The notes beneath the pieces were generated by a model, which was not told the DNA's origin, searched no databases, and was given only the letters and a program-made list of their open reading frames with translations. DNA of 63,940 bases, filler included, from Craspedostauros australis (Eukaryota): NCBI GenBank assembly GCA_030167865.1. It is 6 parts of 6 records of this genome, joined end to end, with 100 filler letters (N's around TTAATTAATTAA, not from the genome) between each part and the next. Parts side by side here need not be neighbours in the genome. Positions count along the whole stretch, not along the records: positions 55,094 to 62,184 come from JALAGF010002856.1; positions 62,285 to 63,940 come from JALAGF010002869.1; 4 more parts are not named here. One strand, given 5' to 3'. This document shows, in pieces, positions 55,094-63,940 of this stretch; positions within the stretch are counted from its first letter, which is position 1, and each line of letters opens with the position of its first letter. Both the position numbers and the translations under genes were made by a program.

Positions 55094-55541
55094 CATGCAT
55101 CATTCACAGGATTGGCAGCCGAGGTGAAGACGATGTTGTGGTGATTGGCGAAGCACTGTCGTCTGCGTCGTACAGATTGCCAATGCGCTTCGTTGTATTC
55201 CGAGACGATTGGATGTTGCTGGTTTCCATTGTGAGACTGGTCAACGTGGAGTGTTGTTGGCTGTCCTGGCCTGGCACATTCTGTTGTCGCCGCGCGCAGT
55301 CATCATCTTGTCTTGCGGAGGAAGAGTCACACGATGTCTCTTCCTCTGTTGTGACTCGTTTNTCATGACGTGGAATACGTTCCCTGTGACGTAGAAGACG
55401 GATCAGCGAGAGCAAACACNNAATAGCTNTAANTATCCAATCGCCGTTTCTCCCAAAAGCAAGCAAACCAGTGACAACAAGGGGCCAAAACTCCACAACT
55501 AGTGTTATCGTGAGTGCATCAACTGCGACCTGGAGGTAGTA
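55094..55541. repeat. Second copy of the 448-bp segment at 42353-42800
   Basis: Same length and sequence apart from one visible substitution and Ns. Confidence 0.92.
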
Positions 55542-57386
55542 GAGGAGAGGCAGGGACAGAACAAGAGAACAGGCCTCCGTTGCTGCCACTGCCACTGCCT
55601 CGGTCACCACATGGTCTGATCTGGGCAGAAATGGAACCCAGCAAGTACGGCACTCGCACGCGCACCCGCGCAGGAGTTCGAGTACGCAAGGCAATAGAGA
55701 ATGGGGATGCCCCCGTGCCGATGATCTCATCAGTTTTCGGATCGTGACGTGCCACAGGTCGTACTCCTCCAACAGCGCGCAGTTTGAGTGGTGCCAACAA
55801 GGGAACAAACCTTCTGTCCCAGACGACTGTTTGTTGTCTGCCTTTTGCATTCGCGATTGCCGTTTGCAAACTCCCAGCCATGCTTTTCTCCTCTGGCTTC
55901 GCAACCACTTCGTGTCGTTCCTCCACTGTTCCGATCAAGATCCACAGTGTTCGTTTTCCTTCAGTTGATTGGATGGTTCGGATCTGCGTTGAACGTGAAC
56001 TCTGTCTGCGCCTATCGCGCTGTGGCTCTCTCGTTCTCTTGTGTGTGCACTGACGACATTTCAGAACATCGGCCATCAACTTCTTCCAAAGTTCTCCCTC
56101 TCCTATTGACGTCTTCCTCCTTGCGATTCCTTCTTCCGTTGCTCGTACTTCGTCCACGCAACCGTTCATCGCTTCGCGCGCGGGTGGTGACACGACCTGT
56201 TCCCAAACACCCACCAACAACGCAAAAAGCACGTGTGTGTGGGGGAACACCTTCTCGTCGTGGTTGACATCCAACTCACGGCTTCTGAAAGATCGGAATC
56301 GTTCTTGTTGTCCGCTTTGCGTGACGGCGATTATGTGCGTAAATCGTTCAGCGTGTCTGTGTACCAGCTGGAAAGCGCATCAGTGTGACATCGTCCTACG
56401 TGAGTTTCTGTAAAGATGCGATTCGTTTGCCGAGTTCTGATTGGTGAGAAAAGAGACGGTGCAACTGGTGTTAAACAGATGACAATCCTCTTCCGAAGCC
56501 CACAGTCTCGTCTTTTCTCCCTCCGCCACACGCGAAAAAGACGAAAGCATCCTCTCTGTGTCTGCGCACGAGTCTTCTCTTTTCTTCTTCCTTGATTTGT
56601 TCCTTCTTGTTGTCGTGTCTCATCCATCCTCGTTTTCTTGTTCATTCTCCCTCTGTTTCTCGTCTCGTGCGCTCAGTTTGATCTGCGAGTGCTGCCATGC
56701 GAGTGTGTGGCTTTGTGCCCTCTCTGGTTGTGCCGCGCCATGTGTGGCATCACACCATGCCGCAGCGCGCAGGCGTGACATGACATGATGGGTGCTCTCG
56801 TAGCTCGTGTTGTATTCCACTGCCACCGACTGATCACATCAACCGCGCAGCCGCACCACACAGGCGTGTTCGCAGTTCTGTTTTCACCATCGGCCCAATC
56901 CACCTGCCAAAAGGTTCGACGCACACACAAATGCGCACAAATACACACACACACCCATCAACCAAATCAAATCAAAGAAAACCAAACCAGGGGCCACCAC
57001 CCATCAACTAGCCGATCTCCACCACAAAGCCAATCCATCGACAGAACAGAACGAATCAAACCAAGGACATCAAAGGCATCAAAGGCATTCCGAAACAAGC
57101 AAAGGTCCACACAACCACACAGATCAAAGGCATCATCAAACGTGTCTGCCTGTCATAAAATCTGCAACTCCAAGCAACGAAGAAAGAACAAAAGCAAAAG
57201 CCATCAACCTCCGATCCAAACATTCACACAATCCACGCAATCCACACAATCCACATAGTCCATTGTATCGCAATCAAACGCATACCCACTCTACACAGCA
57301 AGCGAAAGAACAAAGCAGCAGCCATTCCATCCATCCATACTCACATTCACACTCACATTCACACCCACAGAAACGAAAAGACGACA

Positions 57387-59218
57387 ATGAGCGCGGCAAG
57401 AATGATACACAGTGACTCCCCCATGTCACGACGCCCGGCCCATCAGAACAAGCACCATCTGCAGAGCAACCTCGGACAGAGCATGCCTGCGATTGGTCTG
57501 GTCACACCGGAGCAAACCAGCAAGAACCCGCCGTTCAATCTGCACGCGGAGCTCATGCGCCATCACAACCACCTCGTCATCCCCGAAGACTTGATGTCTC
57601 GATCTGCTCTGCATGCACATCAGCATGGTGTGCTGACGCCACGCATAGGTAAGAACGACGCAAAGAAGAAGAAGCAGCGAGCGAGCGCACGAGAGAGAGG
57701 GAGAGAAGATGAGTCTAGTTCGGCGTAGCTCCCCATGCTTGCTTGTTTCCGTGTCCGCGGAGGGAAGAACACACTGTGGCCATACCAATCGTAGACTCCT
57801 CTACGCTCTTGCGCCACAGCGCCATCAGCACCCTCTCTTCTTTTCCACTTCTCATTGCGACCAGAACCGTCGAAACTTCGCGATCATTTCCATTCATCCT
57901 TCGTGTTCTCACTTCGTCGTGTCGCCGCGTTTTTCTTCTGCACCGTTTCGCTCGGTCGATCCATCGCCCGCTGCCTGGTTGTATCCTTGCTCTTTGGCGC
58001 GCTGTGTCGTTCCGCTCTCGGCAATCGTCACAACCACCAAATCATTGTGCACGTTCTCGTCTGTGCTTTTTCTTCTTGTTCTCCTGCTGTACTCCCGCTT
58101 TATGCAACAACGCATCGCATCACTCCACTCAACACCACACTCTCGGCCGTGATCATCTACTGTACTATGCGCACTCCGATGGGTGCAGTACACAAACCAG
58201 TGGCAAGACCTCAACATGAGAGCACGACTGCGACACCTCCGTGCAATCACAGTCGCATCGAAGTCAGCCACGGCCAGGACCCCGCACCATGCCCGCCAAC
58301 ACGGCTCAACAAGTTCGTTCGCAGGCTGTACGACATGCTCAAGGGCGAGCAAGAGTCCGGCATTGTGGAGTGGCGACGAGGACTCCTCGTGCTACACTCC
58401 ACAGACGCATTCGCACATGCCGTCCTCCCCAAGTACTTCAAAACTCGAAACTTCAAGACATTCCGTCGCCAGGTACGTGCACTTGGAACGCAACGCGCCA
58501 TGTACCATCCATGCCTGGATACCAAGGCGTTCATGCTATTATATGAATCCTCATCTTCACATTGCGTCGCAAACTCACCATGTTCGAATCTTCATTCTTG
58601 AATCTCTTCGCCTCGGTGTCCTTTCACGGTCCCGCCGCTTCGACCCAATCCGATCCAATCCACACCATCTCACTCCGTCCACAGCTAAACTACTACGGCT
58701 TCGTGCACGTCCGATCCTTCAGCACGACAGGGTCAGCGACGACGGCGCTCTGGGTCAACCGCAGCCTGGCGCAGAAAGGCTCCGATGACATCTCCAGCGT
58801 CCTCATGCTCAAGCGCGTGGATCCGTGCGAAACCACGAAGACCGCCGAAGGCAGACGCCAGCGCAAGGAGGAGGCCATCCACACTGTCGAGGAAGACATC
58901 GGTGTGAGCCCCAAATCGCTGCAGCTCGAACAGATCCGAGCGCTGGCGATGAAGGGCCATGCTCAGCTTGCCTCTCACGACAATCACAGCACGCTGCCGT
59001 ACGCCAGCCACGACGAGCATATCCCTCAGACGTATGCCTGCTTGCCGACCATGCGAAAGGTTTCCAATGCAAGCGCGGCGCACTCTTCCTCATCCGAGAC
59101 ATCAATGGAAGACGATCATGATTCACACCATGGCCTCCATCATGACTCTCACCACATCACCTCCGATGACGAGAGCGTCGTTGCCGCGTCCGTGCTTCTG
59201 ATGCTGTCGCAAGCATGA
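57387..59218 (+). CDS. Heat-shock-factor (HSF) type transcription factor; exons 57387-57648, 58189-58472 and 58685-59218, ~359 aa
   Basis: KFVRRLYDML...IVEW...FAHAVLPKYFKTRNFKTFRRQ|LNYYGF is restored by intron 58473-58684. The upstream G|GTAAG...CAG intron (57649-58188) is phase-compatible but less certain. Confidence 0.88.
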
Positions 59219-60191
59219 GCACGCCACTGCAACCTCCTATTCAACCTTGGTCTGGGGGCAACTAATGGCAGCATGGCAAACTCGGGCATGGTTGAGACAT
59301 CTGCAGCATCGCGACGCCGATACCAAAACATCTTCACGAAGATTTATAGTTTGCTTTCATCAACTCGAAGCTGCCATCATTGACACCTTCCATTTTCTCG
59401 CTACATACAAATACATATTACTTTTACTCAACGTTTGCAATGGTATATAATAGAGCCCAAATGTAATGGCTGTGGTCTTTGTAGTAGTAGTAGTAGTTGT
59501 TGTTGTTGAAGGCAGAGGCTTGATTTCAAGCTGCCTGGACAAGAGTTCTTCTGTTCGCAAGAATAATAGTCAATTGGGAATACCCGAGTTGGTATTCCGT
59601 GTCTTTTGCACGTTGTCAGGAGGATGATCTGTCCTTCAACCGGTTTTGACGCCGTTTGATGTTGAGGACAAAGCTGTATCAGACGATGATGTAACTGTAG
59701 TAGACTCGGAAGTAAGCTGTAAAGATTGTTTCTGATTGCTTGTTTTATGTGTTAAGCTGACTATTGATAGGACGATCGAGTAAAAGGGGCAGGGGTTCAT
59801 GCTGTCGTGCTTCAGCCGTTCTTTGTTGCACAGCAACATGCCGTGGTGGTTCTGCACACATACAGTCGTCCAGTATCATCACCCATAGGGCAGCAGCTAA
59901 TCCATTCACATGGATATGCTTCAAGATGGGTGCAGGTTCTGCAAGATGGTTAGCTGGACAGGTGGCATGGGTGCATGAGCTGGAGGGTGAGCAGAGCATG
60001 GATCGTGGTTCAACTACACACCATGCGCGCGGTAGCCTTTCATTGCAGTATCGGTTTCGGATACCGGGTACCGTGTACATGACATGGACAATTGAGTCCC
60101 GGATAAGTCCCAGACCAAGTCTGTCCCAACTCACATCAACAAAGATCAGTACTCAAACTACAGCGATTTATGTGACACGAAATATACCGAC

Positions 60192-61960
60192 ATGACCATG
60201 AAGGCCACCAAACATGTTCGAATCGTAGACGACAAAGCCAACAACGGTGAGATGATGGAAGAGCAAGGACCAACTGTGCAAACAGCAGCTCCAAAGCCAC
60301 CTCCCAAGCCAAATCCGAGGGCAATCGAAGAAGAGGGAATGGAGAAATGGGGAGAAATAGCGACGACATGAAAAAATCCAAACACCGCGCATTGGAGAAA
60401 GCTTCACAACATGATCATTCAGCACGCCAAAGCTTTCCAGCCAGAAGAGAAGTACAGAGAAGAGGACAGAGCCCTGCACAACCAGGCAAAGAAGACTCTA
60501 GTCATGAAAGCAAGGTGGGAGAAGAGCGACATGTCAATGGTGTCAGCGTCCATGCCCACCATCAGCAAGATGACAGGTTTTTCAGACAGTGATGGACGAG
60601 CGCACAACCAAGTTGGGAAAAACAAAAGTGGCATTGGGCAATCCAGCGCAAGTTGCCATCAAACAACTCATGGCAGATTTGTCCCTCACCAATCCCATCC
60701 GATGCTTTGCCAATGCCCTCAAGCCAGGCAACACAACTATGGCAGCCAACCAGATGACCATACTATGGGCAGCAGATACAAACTATATGGGCTGTCAATA
60801 CATGGACAAGCAAGTGCCACCAGAAGTGGACAGCAACAATGAAAGCTACGATCTGGAAGCTCTCATGACAAAGAAGCCTCTGAGACAAGCCAACCTGACG
60901 GCATACACAGCAGTGACAAAAATCACATCACCAGCCCCACAAGATGCAGCAGGCAACCTTAAAGCAGTGCAAGCTCCAACAAAACAGGAACAGCAATTGG
61001 GAGACAACAATGCAGCAGGCAAAGGATGGACACTCCTACAAAAGAAGACCAACCTGCAGATGTCCAATCCCAAGCAACGGTACTACGAGCGGTTCTAAAT
61101 GAGATTGAAGATCCCAAAAGGCTCAAAAACACTGGTCAGAGATTTCCAAGAACACTGCCAGCAATGGTACGAGGAGGCTCTGGACATGGACAAAAGCCTG
61201 ATCATCAGCCCCTGGTACAAGAAAAACAAAGCCAAAGGCTGCATCGTCACAGCAGATGACATCCCAGCAGTGTGGAAGGACCTCCGATACTTCATTGGAA
61301 GAGCAAACCCAACATCCAAGAGCAAAGACGTCTATCTCCAGGTACTCCTATCTTCCAACATGGACATTCAAATGTTCACTAGTTGGAACACAGAGCTCAA
61401 AGGCGCGTACAATGAGGGGGAGTACTCATAGATCCAAGATCTGAAGAACGCAGAACATACTACAGAGATCGGATTCATGGCATACTCTGGTAACTTCACC
61501 AAGGCAAAGCAAGCCCTGGAGATTATCAATCAACTGTTGGAAGGAAAACAAGTGAAACTCAAAGTCAGAGGACGTGTGAAGTACATGGGAAAGGTGTCAG
61601 AGGAAGTGAAGGAACAGCATCTACGACTTGGAGGCACTTGGTACAACGCTCCGTGGATGGCCCAACATCTCCATGCAGATGTCAAAGACGCTTGCAGGGC
61701 CTCAAAATTGCTTGGTAAGATCTTCAACACCAAGGAAGGCGACCGGGGAGGACTCAACTACAGTTATGTTCCAAAGCCAGGGACATCGGTGATGGGGGCA
61801 AAGACAGCCGCAAAGGTGCAGGCGATGACAAGGAAACACCAAAGCTACGTCCACAGGCTCAAGTATGAGCAGCTCAAGGGCGGCGTTGCACTGGATGTCA
61901 AAGATCCGGAGACCCAGACAATCACACTTCAATAATTCCTCGCCAACCAAACCATCGATG
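60192..61960 (+). mobile_element. Decayed long ORF, probably ORF1 of a non-LTR retrotransposon
   Basis: Protein-like reading broken by in-frame stops (60369 TGA, 61096 TAA, 61429 TAG, 61933 TAA) and one frameshift near 60600. A-rich and CpG-poor, unlike the host genes. No RT motif is visible in the window. Confidence 0.55.
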
Positions 61961-62549
61961 GATGCCCAATGATTTGTCGAGATGTATATGTGAGTATACG
62001 TCAAGATGTACGTGTATATGTGCATCGTTCACCCGCTATTCTCTCATACGCACTTGGACGGTATAACTATACTCGTGTCGATAGTATACTGTGATTCGTT
62101 AGAATTACAGGGGAAATGGAACACACGAAAAGGGGCAAGATTTCTGGAGGAAATTTGCAAATAACGATTTCTGGGAGAATCAGANNNNNNNNNNNNNNNN
62201 NNNNNNNNNNNNNNNNNNNNNNNNNNNNTTAATTAATTAANNNNNNNNNNNNNNNNNNNNNNNNNNNNNNNNNNNNNNNNNNNNGTCATCGTTTGACCTG
62301 TTCGAACACATTTACCTAGCGAGTAACCGTTATTCCACGTTAACCTTCAACTTCAAATTTGACCCCGTCACATGTTGCAAATCTCCTCACATTTCGGCAC
62401 AGAAGCAACCTTTGGTTCTCTTCGGTGGTGTGCTGTGCTTGTTGCATGTTCACGCAGTGTTTGTATCATCACCTTCTTGCCCTCCAACTGCTCAGTTCAC
62501 TCCCATCACTAGTGGTCGTCTCCATCAACCCTTCAGTATCAATCAGCAT

Positions 62550-63202
62550 CATGCTCGTCTCTACCTCGAAAGCTGCGTCCAAGGACGCCAATCCTCCCCC
62601 CTCCAAGAAGCAACGTTTGCCATCCTCTCGATCCATGCGCTCCTTTCCATCCGATCCAATTGATTTCAAAGAACTGTTCGCACCATCTATTGTTGAGAAG
62701 TTGTTGCCTCCATTGGATATGGATGGTAAGCAGCACAATCGTAATTCTGCAACAGACAAGCTCCTCCCTCCTGTGCTCGAAGGCGTGACGTTCGACAACG
62801 AGTTCGACGTTGAAATCCTAACCAACAATGAACGGAATCGCACACTCCAGAAATAACACAACCAACACAATGAACATAACAATTACCAAACTACCGACGA
62901 ACGTAAACAACACTGATGCAGGAATCGTGCCTCCACAACAGACAACAGCAGAAGAGGAGGAAATCGCGCTGCAACGAGAAGAAACGAAGCATCCGAGCAA
63001 ATTGTGCAACACACAAATGATGAAGGAAAATACGGAATCTCCGGAGTTGGTGGAACAAAATGTGAGGACACATTGCTGCAACGAGTCAGAGCCGCAATGG
63101 GGGGGGGGGAGCTCAACAAATAGATTCGCGTTGGGGTTGACATCAACGATCTTGTTATTCGCGATATCGACCACGGTACGAACACACCACGTCTGGCCGT
63201 AG
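62550..63202 (+). pseudogene. Possible frameshifted hypothetical gene fragment
   Basis: Two overlapping protein-like ORFs (MLVSTSK...PPSKKQRL and ...EEEEIALQREE) in different frames; no recognisable domain. Confidence 0.25.
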
Positions 63203-63940
63203 TACGCTAGATTTGTATAGATGAACGTAAAATTGAAGAGTCCAAAAAACTGAAAATAAGGACTTAGAGCAAAATTAATGTCGGCTAAGCATCTTATAAT
63301 TGTATCTAGTTTATTATGATGTAAGTGGTTTGGTGAAATATCTGTATATTNCCACTACTCCAGGTCGGACTGCAGGTCCCATCACTCAACCGGGTCTTGT
63401 TCATTTTCATCTTGGGTCTTGAGGCTCTTGTTCTTGCGTTTGTCTCGGAATGATCTGTCACCAAGCCGTGTGTGGCAGAGAAGAATGGTTGTGATGGAAA
63501 GTCAGTGTGGGACTTTATTCACGAGTGATTGAGGCTGCTCCAATAGAACTGCGCTGGGCCCAATAACTCTTCATTTTTTGGAGCGAAACTCATTAATGAG
63601 AAACGCGTTTTCATTTACCATTTTATTTTACATTTTCGGGACTGGCTTTTCATTAATGAGAATATGAAAACCATTTTTTATTGTCCTTTTCATTTTTCTT
63701 TCCGGAGAGGTGTTGGGCGGGACTCGATAGCTTCAACAACAAATATCAATGTGCCTTGAATGTGTTTGATTAAATATCATTGGCATTTCGATGTTACCCA
63801 CTACTTAACCTATCATTCCCAACGCACTTCTGCAGTGGTGGAACTTCAAAATGATCACGAGACGCTGAGACTGAAGAAGAAGCGCGATGAGGTCGCACTA
63901 GTCGAATGTATGCTTGTTTGATGTATTTGCCGGGTGTCCC

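Noticed and set aside
55519..56274. 251-aa minus-strand ORF next to the duplicated segment
   Set aside because: No domain or clear codon bias, so it cannot be supported as a gene.
843..59218. Mating-type locus (LRR and HSF genes resembling pennate mating-type-related genes)
   Set aside because: Both families are very large in diatoms, the genes are on different contigs, and orthology cannot be shown by eye.

Overview
Eukaryotic nuclear DNA, almost certainly from a diatom (probably a raphid pennate). Evidence: compact genes with GT-AG introns, a bipartite 'AAAF' plastid-targeting motif and several diatom-typical gene families. The window is a scaffold of contigs joined by five 100-nt N gaps with a TTAATTAATTAA spacer, plus one plain N gap. 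About 17 protein genes are supportable: an LRR receptor-like protein, a Kv channel, a ~1800-aa type II membrane protein with seven repeated Cys modules, a PTS-mucin/Cys-repeat protein, three tandem helicase-associated (HA) domain proteins, a CREST-like membrane protein, an SLC34 Na+/Pi transporter, QCR6, a secretory SET protein, an HCF107/Mbb1-like HAT protein, a SET-aminopropyltransferase-AdoMetDC-like fusion, a prolyl 4-hydroxylase, a choline-transporter-like protein, a DUF1399-WWE-WWE fusion and an HSF. There is also a decayed mobile-element-like ORF. Most interesting: the candidate long-chain-polyamine synthase fusion lying head-to-head with the prolyl hydroxylase next to the choline transporter, the DUF1399/tandem-WWE fusion, and the HA array. 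All family calls come from reading motifs by eye; no database searches were run.
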